DNA of 63,534 bases, the filler included, from Perkinsus chesapeaki ATCC PRA-425 (Eukaryota; Protista; Perkinsozoa): NCBI GenBank assembly GCA_013115145.1. It is 18 parts of 18 records of this genome, joined end to end, with 100 filler letters (N's around TTAATTAATTAA, not from the genome) between each part and the next. Parts side by side here need not be neighbours in the genome. Positions count along the whole stretch, not along the records: positions 1 to 4,420 come from JAAPAO010001263.1; positions 4,521 to 12,978 come from JAAPAO010000972.1; 16 more parts are not named here. One strand, given 5' to 3'. Made by a program: the position numbers and the translations under genes. Every line of letters begins with the position of its first letter. The stretch's first letter is position 1. Positions 1 to 11,482 of this stretch are shown here, piece by piece. Below the pieces are notes generated by a model. The model ran no database searches, was not told where the DNA came from, and saw nothing but the letters and a program-made list of their open reading frames with translations.

Positions 1-1011
1 AGTCTTATTACAGTAGTTGATCTAATACGTGAAGGTAGAGCATGTCTCGCTACTAATCTTGCTACATACTCCTTCTACATTGTCTATGCTTTCGTGCTCA
101 CTGGTGGCCGTCTCGCCGTTACCATTATGGGCAACTACAATATGGGGGAATGGGTATATCTAATGACCGATATCGCGCTCGGTGTTGGTATGGTATGGAC
201 TATGACACTATCTGGTCCAACTAAACATCTTGCACCTTATCGTCCAACTGCCTCCCTTCTCGGTTGGAGGACCATCCTATCCTGTGCTGTCCCCATTGTG
301 TTATCTTATATAATGCAAATAATAGCATATGCGATGCTGTGGTCATCTAAGAATTCGGATTGGTATTATCAGGTCAACACCCTCGACCTTAAGGTTCCAG
401 CTAAAGACTGGACAAAGAAGGGTGACAACTACGATACGGCTGTCCAGGTTTTCATCCTTCTGGTCACCGTTTCAACTCACGCCTTTGTCGCCACTTACGG
501 TGGTGCGTTCAGGTGCAACATCTTACGCAATTGGAGTGTCACGGTATTCTATTGTATATTCATTGGTTTATCATTTGCCTTATTATGGGTAAACCCTTGT
601 GATCTATCATGTGTTTATAGAGTATCCTGTGATAGTGGGGCATCATTAGCAACTGGATCAATACCATTTGTTAGTGAATTCTCAGTTGGTAATATTGGTG
701 GTTGTTTTATGGGACCGCAAGTTCATCGTTATCAAGAATTAGGATATTCTGATTGGACACCATCACCTGAATATAATTGTCTACCACCACAAGAAGCATT
801 ACAACTTTTACCTTATGATAGCCCACAAATATCTGCTCTTGGCTATGATGGTCCTAATAACGTATTTTCATTTGATTATCGTATCTTCATGACTATACTA
901 TTAGCAGCTGCCATTGCTTTCCTTCACTTGTTCGTCAAACTTGGGCTATTAGGTCCGGTGGCGAACCTTATTAGGAAATGGCAGCGCCGTCGACAATCCT
1001 ATGTGGACTAA
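1..1011 (+). CDS. P5B-type (ATP13A-like) P-type ATPase, C-terminal part (5'-truncated at window start)
   Basis: Frame +1 is open from base 1: VVDLIREGRACLATNLATYSFYIVY (P5 IREGR motif), YLMTDI (M6-like), KGDNYDT, then several hydrophobic helices; stop TAA at 1009-1011. Confidence 0.85.
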   Translation, partial: SLITVVDLIREGRACLATNLATYSFYIVYAFVLTGGRLAVTIMGNYNMGEWVYLMTDIALGVGMVWTMTLSGPTKHLAPYRPTASLLGWRTILSCAVPIVLSYIMQIIAYAMLWSSKNSDWYYQVNTLDLKVPAKDWTKKGDNYDTAVQVFILLVTVSTHAFVATYGGAFRCNILRNWSVTVFYCIFIGLSFALLWVNPCDLSCVYRVSCDSGASLATGSIPFVSEFSVGNIGGCFMGPQVHRYQELGYSDWTPSPEYNCLPPQEALQLLPYDSPQISALGYDGPNNVFSFDYRIFMTILLAAAIAFLHLFVKLGLLGPVANLIRKWQRRRQSYVD

Positions 1012-1660
1012 AATCCACCAGTTGTTCCTTTGCGTAATCGATCTTATTGATTCGGGCCGTCCGGCAGAGTTCTGACTTGTCTACAAGTCTGCTTGGATTG
1101 TGCCCTCTCTTTAAGGAAAGTGTTCCTCTATAGGAGTATCATGGCGTTCCCTATCGGAGGCTCACTTAGTTATAGACTATTAGACGCTTCTATGGTTATT
1201 ATGGTGGGCTACCTCATAGTAGTCCGCATACCTTATCAAACCTTCTGTTTAATAGTCTTACTATCTCCTACTACCTTACAGTAATGCCTTTGCGATTTCT
1301 AAGATAGAGTTTAACAAGCCTTTAGCAGTCGTATTCTTGAGTACTTCTCTAATGCGCATATCTTCTATCCCTTGAGATTTCATGAAGGCCAGTTGTTAGG
1401 TGTTATTACTGCTGTTACCTCCTTAAATATCTTACCAACTACGTATTGCTGCTCTGGGTCACGTCGAACTTGTGTCGGCTGTCCCTCTTATTATTATGTA
1501 AAGACATCCCCTTTTCCCATAGAGACGAGCTTCTTGTTCAGTAACGGTAATCACTTGCCTTCTAGGAAGACCAGTAAAGCTTTGTTAGCCACACACAGTT
1601 TGTTATGTGTTCTTCAGCATTAACTTTTCCCTCGGATCTCACGGGTTCCATCGGGCTTAC

Positions 1661-4420
1661 ATGCTCTTTCCAATCCTCTTCCTCTCTTGCTGGGGAGTGT
1701 TGCTCTTCTCACAGATCACCATCACTGTTGCTTTCGGTCTGTATAGGCGAGCTATTGTTCGACGAAGAATCACAGAGTCTTCGCCGTCCAAAGCAGAGCC
1801 CTCGGATGCTCGCAAGCTCTCTTTTGTCCAAACTGAGGGCTCGGCTGACCAGTACTTCATCCAAAAGGGCTACTCCAAATCCCTCCTTGGAGAGATGGTC
1901 CGAATCGGTTGGCTTTTCTTCATGGTCGCAGCGTTTGTGGTTATGGTACTGTTGGCACCTGTAAGCTACTTCCCAGACTTGTACGCCGCCTTGGGCACGG
2001 ACTGGAACGGTATCATGGGCCCTTACTTGTTCGTATTCGCGCTATTCCATGGAACAGCAGCCTTCATGATAAGCTTCTATGATAGCGTTAGAGCTTCGTT
2101 TATGCTCCCTGAGAGCTCCATGGCAACAGCGACGCACGTGGTCATCGAAGAAGTGGTACCGGTTTTGGACGAGAGCGCTGCGGTCGATCCGGGCTCTACG
2201 GCTGATGAGAACATTCCTACCTGGTTTAGAGTGCTTATTACGAATTGGCGGAAAAGAGTCGAAGGCTTGAAGGCTGCTTCTCAGAGAACCATTGTGAAGG
2301 TGGTTATCAGTGACAGTGGAGAGGACCGCTTTATCGAGTACACCTCGGTGAGGTATTGTTATGATGATGCCGAAGATCGCTTCCGACCAGCGGGGAACGA
2401 TATCAATATAACTCCGAAAGAATCCGCAAGGCTCCTCAAAAGTGGCGGGCTTAGCCAATCTGAAGCGGATATACGAATGGCTACGGTGGGCCCGAATGAG
2501 ATCCGTGTTAAAGTTCCTGGTATTATCGAAAGTCTGATAACTGAGTTTAGCAGCTTGTTCTATGTTGTACAGAGCATGGGTTCATGGACGTATCTTGGTT
2601 ATAGTGGTTGGAACATTGGCCTAATATGGTTATTAATGATGATTTTAACGGGTTCCGTGAAGGCTTTATTTATAGTACGTCGAGGCCAGAAGAAAATCGC
2701 AGAGTTAGCGCGGCACACGACAGATGTTTCGGTTCTGCGAGACTCTGAGTGGACCCCAGTATCTTCGTCGGAGATTACGCTTGGTGACATAATACAAGTA
2801 GACGAAGAACAACTTCCCTGTGATGGTCACGTCCTCACTGGTGCCGTAGTGGTAAATGAGTCCATGCTCACAGGCGAACCTATGCCAGTACAAAAGATAG
2901 CAGCTGAAGTGCGCTCTGAAGTGGCGTTCACATCTAAGAGTTTAGTCCATGCCGGTAGGAGGGGAGACCTGCCGCTTCTTCCCTGCTGCATTCCTTATTC
3001 ATTTTCCCTATTTCGCCGGATCAAGACCACGATCGCCAGCCTTGGTTGAAATGAGTATCCGTCTTGGTCGACGTTAGACCGTCCTTGCACAGTGTGGCGA
3101 GGGTATCCCCGAATACTTCACGGACTCCGCAATTACGCGTGTGCAGTTACCGTCGCGACCTGAAGAAAATCACACCACAAATGTTTTCGTACGTGCCTCG
3201 TTGACGAAGACTATCAGTCTCGGAGGGTCCACTTGTTCTGTTGCTTGTAGGTACACTTTGCATGGAATCTACGGGAACCGACGGGAAGGCGAAGATGGTT
3301 GTGACAGCTGTTGGCTGCTCAACAACCAAAGGACAGCTCATTAGGATGGTCATGTTCCCTCAGCCTGTCAGGTAGCACACAATTTCTGTCCCCCTTTGGA
3401 TGACGAGAGGAATGTTTATCTGCTTCAGATTTAAGTACCATGACCAGCTGCCAATCGTCTATGCTATCATGTTTGGCTATGCAATGATTATCTGCTTCCT
3501 TTATTTGGGGTTAACCAATATGGGCAATTGGATAGTCACATTACTGCAGATATTCCTGGTTCTCTTGCAAGCTCTGAATCCAATGTTACCGGTGTCCACA
3601 GTAATGGGACAGACTGTAGCTGCTAAACGATTACGTAATCATCATAAGATATTCTGCCTTCAACCAGAGAGGATACCAGTTGCTGGTAAAATATCAGTTA
3701 TGGTATTTGATAAGACTGGTACCATTACTAAGGATGGTATGGAACTCTCTGGAATTTTGCCTGCTCGAGGTGGAGTTTTCGATGATGCTGTCTGTTCTGC
3801 AAGCAGTAGCATTTCGTTGTCGACTAACCGTCTACCTAAAGATATAATCTATGGTCTGGCTGCGTGCCATACAGTGAAGAAGCTTCGTGATGGTCGACTA
3901 GTCGGCAACCATGTAGAAATCACCATGCTTGAAACATGTGGATGGTCTTTGCTGTCAATGGGTGCTGAAACAACTGTAACCTCGCCAGATGGGAAAACAG
4001 TGTTAGAGGTTCTCCGTTCACTTCCCTTTGACCACGCCCGAATGACAAGCGGTTGTGTCGTACGTGTTCGGGGTAGTGGTCGAACGATGGTTCTTGTGAA
4101 GGGCTCCTATGAAAGAATAGGCGAATGCTGTTTAGAAAGCGGCCTTCCTATTGGTTACAGTGAGAAGGCTGACAAACTGGCGGCGTCAAATCTGTATGTT
4201 CTTGCGTTGGGTATGCGCGAGATCGGTGCCAATGTGTCTAGGGAGGATATTCTTACTGTTGATAGAAATGAACTTGAGAGGGGACTCGCATTGCTGGGAT
4301 TATTATTATTTAAGAATGAGGTTAAAAGTGATAGTGCATTAGCAATCAAAATGTTAAAGGATGGTGATATACGTAGTGTAGTATGTACTGGTGATAATGC
4401 ATTAACTGCTATTGGTATAT
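1661..4420 (+). CDS. P5B-type ATPase, second tandem copy (3'-truncated); exons about 1661-2954, 3251-3371, 3429->4420
   Basis: GPNEI, LPCDG...VNESMLTGE, DKTGT phosphorylation site (3709-3723), KGSYE and TGDN motifs. GT-AG introns at 2955-3250 and 3372-3428 restore HAG-TLCM...KGQLIRMVMFPQPVR-FKY. Start codon uncertain. Confidence 0.9.
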
Positions 4421-4520
4421 NNNNNNNNNNNNNNNNNNNNNNNNNNNNNNNNNNNNNNNNNNNNTTAATTAATTAANNNNNNNNNNNNNNNNNNNNNNNN
4501 NNNNNNNNNNNNNNNNNNNN
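4421..4520. other. Artificial contig-joining linker (N44-TTAATTAATTAA-N44). Others at 12979-13078, 14177-14276, 18031-18130, 19181-19280, 20740-20839, 27793-27892, 30170-30269, 34507-34606, 39577-39676, 46244-46343, 49781-49880, 51268-51367, 53627-53726, 57069-57168, 60752-60851, 62148-62247; short variant at 35556-35573
   Basis: An identical 12-mer with stops in all six frames is centred in 100-nt N blocks. Confidence 0.98.
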
Positions 4521-5492
4521 ACGCTACAATGATAAGCGCACTCCATCTTAATCGATACTCATCAGACAAGAGAATTAGGCTGACATTGTGGCACACAACG
4601 TGCCTACATCTAGTGGCGCACAAAGCAGCCCTGCACAGCAGCCCAATAGATCAGGTCCTGATCATCAGGATCTGACCATCAGAATCTGATCACCAGAATC
4701 TGGTAACCAGATCCAGGTCAGTCATCGTTTTTGATAGTCTGAAGCTCAGAACCTGTGCCATAAAAGACCTTCACAGAATTCCACCGTAGAAATATCCGGC
4801 CAACGCACGGCAGGGAAGCCCTGCCGCAAGGCTGCCTTGCCAAAGCCCCCGCGAACTAGGACAAATAAGTACCTCAGAGTCTGAGGCTCAGACTGAGCTT
4901 CTCAGTAAGAACCAATAACCGGTTGAACTTCAACCGTTGAAGGCTTCAGCTTGAAGCGTCTGCGTCGCAGGCCCTGTGACCAATGCCCGTTGACTCTACA
5001 GTACAGAGCTAACTGCCCAGTTCATCCCTAGTGACGCTAGTTTGACACTGAGAGCTTCTGCACCAGACCAGCAGAAAACTGGTATGACGCCAGCGATGTA
5101 CCCGATGTATGGCAACCGGTAGCGGTAACACCGTAACCGCTTACCACCCCATCGTGACGTCCCCATTGGAGCCGCGCAAAAAAACAGAAGATCGCTTAAG
5201 CCGTTAAACGTGTTCTCCCCTCATGCCGGTTTCCACGATGTCTTGCCAGTCGTAAGTTACCACCCTAGACGGTGATCCAACGCAGCTACTCGATTCGCAA
5301 ATTCGTGGCAGAACTTCCAGCTAGTAGCAGCGATTCTCATACGATTGTGATATTGATAGTCAAGGTTTACAAGTATACGGCATGCACAGAACTGGTGAGT
5401 CGTAGAGCCATGTGTAGAGTGGTTGTACGAGAAACGGGAGATCCCAGAGAGTTGAAAAAGGGCATGATGGTATTAGCGGCAAAGTCAGGAGT

Positions 5493-5660
5493 TGTAATGC
5501 ACCAAGTGCATGAAAGTACAATTCGATGACTACCTTCGCTCCGCTGGTTGTTGCGTTATGTTGTTGTCGTTGGTGATGCAACTGCTTTCGTGTTGTGTGA
5601 GCTAAGCTAGAGATGACGGGCTGCCAGATTGTAGTTATGAAACTATTGGTAATTTTTTTA
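5493..5660 (+). repeat. Split direct repeat A1 (copy A2 at 10740-10907)
   Basis: tgtaatgcaccaagtgcatgaaag...aattttttta occurs twice with only a few substitutions. Confidence 0.95.
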
Positions 5661-6888
5661 TGTCCTTGGCTGAGAGGTTGCAGGAAGCTTCTGTGGATAT
5701 TTCTGACCTTCGACAGGCAGCGAAGGTTGGGGATGCTTTGTGGGCTAAGGTTTCGGGCTGCTATCTAATAATGAAGGAGATGTGGTATTGGTGTCTGAGT
5801 TCGGTTTTTGTCACCCTAAGGACGTAACTGATATGTTTGAGCTATTAGATTCGTCCCTGGACAGGGCACGAATTGGTCTATTGTATGATCTATGTAGGAA
5901 TGCGTGTGATTTGCCAAGCTGCTTGGTCACTACTACGATTGAGGCTGGTGGTGATGGTAGTTCGGGCGTAGCTTATGATGCTACGAGTGGCAACCGTTTG
6001 AAGTTGAGCCAGTTTATTGATGGTGTAGCAGATGGCACATTTCCTCCCATGTCTCAAGACGAATATGAACAGTATCTTATTGACTTGAGGGCCAAATATG
6101 GTGATGTTCAAGAAGAGAGCGTGCCGACAAGACAGCAACTTTCTTGAGTCAAGTTTTTGATTGATAACGGTGATATACCATTCTGTGATTTATGTATCTA
6201 TACTGGCAATCAGCGTGATCGTTTGCGCTCGTTGCGTCAGGCAGCTGTGCGCTTAGACGAGGACGGAGAGATTAAGCGAGTGGTGGCATCTCGGACACCT
6301 AGCTATAACGAGTGGATTTTCAATTTTCGTATTTATACGACTACGTTGATAATGTTGGGAGCTGCCCATCAGGCATATTTAATGAAGTATGCTGACCATA
6401 TTGCTGGTTTGTATAAGGCTTATGGGCCAAATTATTGGCCCCAAATATATTCAGCTGATGAGCATTTACGAGCTAACCGTCTCAGTCGATATCTCTCCAA
6501 GAATGGGTCGCGGGGCAATGCTTTCGTAAAGGGTGCCCAGGATTCTACTTATTGGATAGAGCGCGTGGACCGAATCGTGTTCCAGTTGCAACGTGCCGGT
6601 TCTACAACATCTTATGCAGTATCTGAAAAGAATCCGGCGAAGAGGCAAGGATTGGTTAGAGGTGACCAGATATGTTATGATTACGAAAGTGGAAGATGCC
6701 CTGACCCTTGTCGGAATGGTAGGAAGCATATTTGTTTGAAGTGTCGGACAGTACATGACTTGCCTAGAGGCAACCGTGATTGTAAGTCAGGTCAAGTCCA
6801 AACGAGAGTGCCTTCTTTGACGCCGAAGGTGTCTGACAATGTTGGTGATAGCAGCTCGCCTGCTTCCAAGAAGCCGAGAGGCCAGTGA
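5660..6888 (+). pseudogene. Ngaro ORF1 (Gag-like) with Cys/His zinc-finger region
   Basis: ATG at 5660 directly after repeat A1; frameshift near 5760-5780; in-frame TGA at 6145-6147; CYDYESGRCPDPCRNGRKHICLKCRTVH finger region. Confidence 0.75.
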
Positions 6889-8963
6889 CCCTGGTCAGTT
6901 GGTTTAACGGAGTCTGCAGTCTCTACTATTGGCCAGAATGACGTTGATCGACTAAATGATGATTATCACGTCGATGAACTGAGTGTGCCGATTCTTGGTG
7001 GATTGCGAAGTCCCTTCAAATCTGTTCTATATTTACCTCATGGTATTGTTCATTTTAAGGAAGTAAGAGAAGCCTTTGAGTCTATAGTATCAGTTGATGG
7101 GGTGGTTGATGCTTTACTATCTGCTGAAGATCCTATGAAATGTTCTATCGTAAAAACAGCTGTCGACGAGGCCACTGCTGTACTTGTTAAGCTGACCGGA
7201 AGCCCGGCAAATGCAGCACTCCCATCTCATCCCCACTCGCCCGTAAAGGGCCAGTTGATTGATGCATTGGTTAGATGGGTGGGAGATTGGGACGTTGACG
7301 TCCCAGATTGGTTTATCTCTGGTTGTCCTGCTGGTCTAGCTTCGCGGATAATACCAAGAGGTATTTTCCCTTTATCGACGGATTCTGTAACATCACTGGT
7401 TGATGAACCATCTGTCTTAAATTATGTTTTTGGTGAGAATGACTGCCTCAGTTTCTCTAACTATTTCTCTGCCGATAGTGAATGTGAGAAAGTCCTCGAA
7501 GTACTGCGGTCTGAAGAGGACCTGGGTTTTTGTAAAATATGTGATACGTTTGATGAACTTAAAAAGTTAGTTGGTTCAGAGTCTGTTGTTCTAACTCCTC
7601 TTGCAGCTGTTCCGAAAGCGAATGGTTCGTTACGGCTGATTTCTGATTGTAAGGTGAATCACCTTAACGAACATTGTTGTACTTCGGAGCATATGCAACT
7701 GCCCCGAGTCGGGGATTTGGTTGATAATATTCTGAGTTTATCTGATGTAGCCTGTAGTTTTAACGAGGTGGTGGAAGCTGTGATTATCGATTTCGCATCA
7801 GCATTTCGAACGATACCTCTGTTGTTAAAAGAGAGACGTTCCCATGTGATGAAATTGCAATCCCGTTTTATTGTATTTTTCTGCCTATTTTATGGTCTGA
7901 AGTCATCTCCGTTGTTATGGGGAAGGACAGCTGCGCTATTGAGTCGATTTGGTCAACTTCTATTTACAAGTGTTGACAGCCCCCTTAGTTATGTGGATAT
8001 GTTCGTTGACGACCCTGCCTTGGTTGCTAGAGGGTCCACAAGGAGGATCGCGAGGATGCGTCTATGTTTGCCAGTCCTATTCTGGTTGGCCATTGGTTTC
8101 ACTTTGTCATTTTCGAAGCGACAAATAAGCTTGTTGTACTACGTGAAGCGGTGGCTCCTCTCCTTCATGAGAAAGCCTCTATTTCGAACAAGAATCTGAG
8201 GAAGTTGTGTGGGAGACTGTCTTTTGCAGCGCAAATGGTTCCATACCTAAGATCCTTTGTGGCTCCTCTATGGTCCCGGCTGGCCTTGGCAGATCGGCGT
8301 CAGCATCGGTGGATACGTGTTGGTGAGCTCATAACTCCGCTTAGGTGGATTTGGTGTTTCTTGAGCGAATCTACAATGAGCTCGAGCCGGCTTGGTCCTA
8401 ACAGTTATCTTCGAGCTTATCCTATAACTAAAGCACAGCGATCATCTTGGGCTATCTGCGTAGATGCTAGCCCATTAGGTGTGGGCGGGGTTCTCCGCTA
8501 TAGCAATGAAGTGGTGTCATGGTTCTCTGATGAGCTGAGCTCTTTTGATTATGATAGGTTTGATGGTGCGCGCGGTGACTGTCGACGCCAAGCGGTCTGG
8601 GAGTTTCTCGCAATATTGATTGCAGTGAAGTTATGGTCCCGCAGAGTACCGTCTAATGCTATTATCCTATGTGAATCGGATTCTGTGGCTGCTCTCGGTG
8701 CAGCTTCGAGTTTGCGTTCCAAGTCTGCCAAGCTTAATATTATTGCCCAGGAACTGGCACTGCATTGCGCTGTACAGGGTAGATGGTACAATATTGAGTT
8801 TCGACACATTAGTGGAACCGATAATCAGTTGGCTGATTGTCTTTCGAGATTGTCTGATGGACGGGAACTTCCTGTAGAGTTGGTAGATGTTCATCGAGAT
8901 GCGTGTCCGGTGAGGGATGATTCCTTCTGGTTGACTCAGCAACGTCAGTTTGCTCAGTCGTAA
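6889..8963 (+). pseudogene. Ngaro reverse transcriptase + RNase H (one frameshift near 8110-8150)
   Basis: PKANGSLRLISD, DFASAFRTIP, YGLKSSP, FVDD (RT); VDAS, EFLAIL, ESDS, HISGTDNQLADCLSR (RNase H). Confidence 0.9.
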
Positions 8964-9247
8964 GTACGGTTAGCCGCGAGTTTCCCTGCGGATCTATCTG
9001 GAGCGAATGTCAGTTTAGATGCAGTTCGAGTTTGTTGCTGCGTGCTAGATGGTATCCTTTCTGAGTTGAGGATATCTGTTGAGTTTATTAGAGGTCTAGT
9101 GGGTAAGTCTATTGGTGTAATTTCGTGAGTCTTATAAAGACGTCTGAGCCGCGGGGCTAGGAGTTGTAGATTGCACTGCAATCATTGCAGTCAAGCGTAC
9201 CGAAGTAGTTATTGGGCGGTTGGTTCGGTACTTAGTGTTTGCTTGTT

Positions 9248-10300
9248 ATGGCCCCATATCGTCGTGGTAACGCTGCTCGAGCTGCAGCGCTAGTTCAACA
9301 GAATAATCGTGGCAAGCTCAATCGGGTCATCGAAGAATTTGAAGGCGATTTCTATGCAGATAGTACTAAAAAGTCTATGCTAGCGCGCTTTAGGTTATGG
9401 TGTAAGCTGGCGATTGGCTTGGGATGTAGTCCTCTACCGGTGACGATATTCCTACTGACAAGTATTGCAGCTATTCTGAAGCATTCCGGTTATAGATCCA
9501 CTGTGGCGTACATACAGACTGATATTAGCTATCATACACAAGCTGGTTACGAGCTAACGATCGGCAGAGTTGATGGTTATTAGGAAGATTAAGCGGGCCA
9601 GTATACGCGGCATTAGTTCCCCGAGGAGGATGACTCCGATATCTATGGATCATCTCAGCAGGATGGTGGTATGGGCTAGAGGTAACTATGTTCTACAGTG
9701 TAGAACGAGCATGTACATTTTGGCGGCTTGGTGCTTATTACGTGTTTCTGAAGTATTATTATTGTTGGTGAAAGATGTTAAGATCGACGAGGTGAATAAA
9801 ACGGTGGTTATTCATGTACGATCGTCAAAAACTGATATCCAAGGATTAGGTTGTCGTCGATGCCATGGGTGTGCCTGTACTGAATCACAAGTAGCAGATG
9901 TCTGTCCTTATCATCGTATTTTGTTTCTAATGGCTGCCCGGCAATTGGAAGGAGCTGGCCCTGAAGATTTTGTCGTGGTAGACCATCCTATAGATGTGAT
10001 GACTAAGAAAAAGGTATTGCTTCATTTGAGAAACGATTTACAGGCATCTGGAGCGCTGACAGATCAAGAAGATTTACGTCCAGAGTGTTTTGGTACTCAC
10101 AGTTTCAGAAGAGGTGGAACTCAGTTTCTTATCCGCTACATAAGTTGGGAGAAGGTGCAGATTTCGGTAGATGGAAATCGGCATCGTCAATGCAGAGGTA
10201 TGTGGAGGAGGCTAATCTAGCAAATAGCCAGGATTTTGCTCGACAAACTATCCAACAATGGAATAGTTATCGGTCTGTTGGAAGTCAACATGGTGTATCA
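9248..10300 (+). pseudogene. Tyrosine recombinase of the Ngaro element (two frameshifts, near 9575 and 10160)
   Basis: LLRVSE (first R), SSKTD (K), HSFRRGG (HxxR), GRWKSASSMQRY (W and catalytic Y) spread over three frames. End coordinate approximate. Confidence 0.88.
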
Positions 10301-10521
10301 CCTATAAATGATATGCGGTCGGATCAAGCACCCATAGGTTTGATTAGAACGACTACTCTGAGGAGTGAGGCTAATGTTATACGATCAACAACAGTGTCGA
10401 AGTCTTGGTTAAACATTGATGAACGAGAAATTGGCACCGAAGGAGGATGGTTGAAAGGTGTTACTTCTGGAGTCGGTACATCATGGCTCAGGTAATGGGC
10501 TTGCTCAAATAGACCAGAGAT

Positions 10522-10739
10522 TGGGTGGTTGACTCTGTGCTGTGACCATTGACCTTTAACATGTTGCTGTTAAGCTAGACTAGTTTACGGTTTCTATATA
10601 ATACCGATGATAATTGTTATCCAGTCTATCTCAACCACAGCACAGCATACTGGTCTTGGGTTTGAGGTTTTGGCCCATTTATCATCTAATGGTAAATATG
10701 TCGTTGAGTTGTAGGAGTGAAGGAGGGAAAGAATTGTAT
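10522..10739 (+). repeat. Split direct repeat B1 (copy B2 at 10917-11134)
   Basis: tgggtggttgactctgtgctg...gaattgtat occurs twice, flanking A2. Confidence 0.95.
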
Positions 10740-11482
10740 TGTAATGCACCAAGTGCATGAAAGTACAATTCGATGACTACCTTCGCTCCGCTGGTTGTTG
10801 CGTTATGTTGTTGTCGTTGGTGATGCAACCGCTTTCGTTTTGTGTGAGCTAAGCTAGAGGTGACGGGTTGCCAGATTGTAGTTATGAAACTATTGATAAT
10901 TTTTTTAGTAGTTGTGTGGGTGGTTGACTCTGTGCTGTGACCATTGACCTTTAACATGTTGCAGTTAAGCTAGACTAGTTTACGGTTTATATATAATACC
11001 GATGATAGTTGTTATCCAGTCTATCTCAACCACAGCACAGCGTACTGGTCTTGGGTTTGACGTTTTGGCCCATTTATCATCTAATGGTAAATATGTCGTT
11101 GAGTTGTAGGAGTGAAGGAGGAAAAGAATTGTATGCAAAGTTGGGATTTTAGCGGCGAGCGCTGGTATTTTTGCGGCGCGCGTCCCCCTTGAGCTGCACA
11201 GAGAGGGCCGCCTCCTTGTGAGGATGATGGAGTGTGAAGTATAGGGGGGTAGCCGTAAGAGAACTGTGAAAGGTTCAGGTGGTCAAAGAGGTGGTTCTCG
11301 ATGCTCAAAGTTCTAGTCGGCGTCGATTCCCAATACTTGAGCAACTCAAAGTCAGCTGTTGTGAGCTTGCGCGCTCGTCTCTCATCAACAAATTAAGCCT
11401 CTCCGAACGGCGGTCCTTCACAGGAGTGAGGATCATATCGTACATTGCAAGCTCAGTGATTGCTTATTCGTGTAGCCCTCTT

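Larger units (their letters stand above)
5493..11134 (+). mobile_element. Full-length Ngaro/PAT-like tyrosine-recombinase retrotransposon (decayed copy)
   Basis: Order is gag - RT - RNase H - YR, with split direct repeats A1 (5493-5660), B1 (10522-10739), A2 (10740-10907), B2 (10917-11134). No protease, no integrase, no target-site duplication. Several stops and frameshifts. Confidence 0.92.

Noticed and set aside
2477-2487. 11-nt reverse-complement match (ACCGTAGCCAT) to the dinoflagellate/Perkinsus spliced leader
   Set aside because: It lies in the ATPase CDS (MATVG codons), is antisense, and the rest of the leader is absent. I found no SL relic or SL RNA gene.
4465-4476. Recurrent palindromic TTAATTAATTAA motif and ORFs ending XXXLIN
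   Set aside because: It is an assembly linker with stops in six frames. Adjacency across these linkers is not biological, except probably at 35556.
5479-5485. GCAAAGT on both sides of the Ngaro element (also 11135-11141) as a target-site duplication
   Set aside because: The left copy is 7 nt away from the element end, and YR elements do not normally make target duplications.
10522-11134. Repeat-spacer-repeat pattern as CRISPR-like
   Set aside because: The units are about 170-220 bp Ngaro split direct repeats. The minisatellites elsewhere have no unique spacers.
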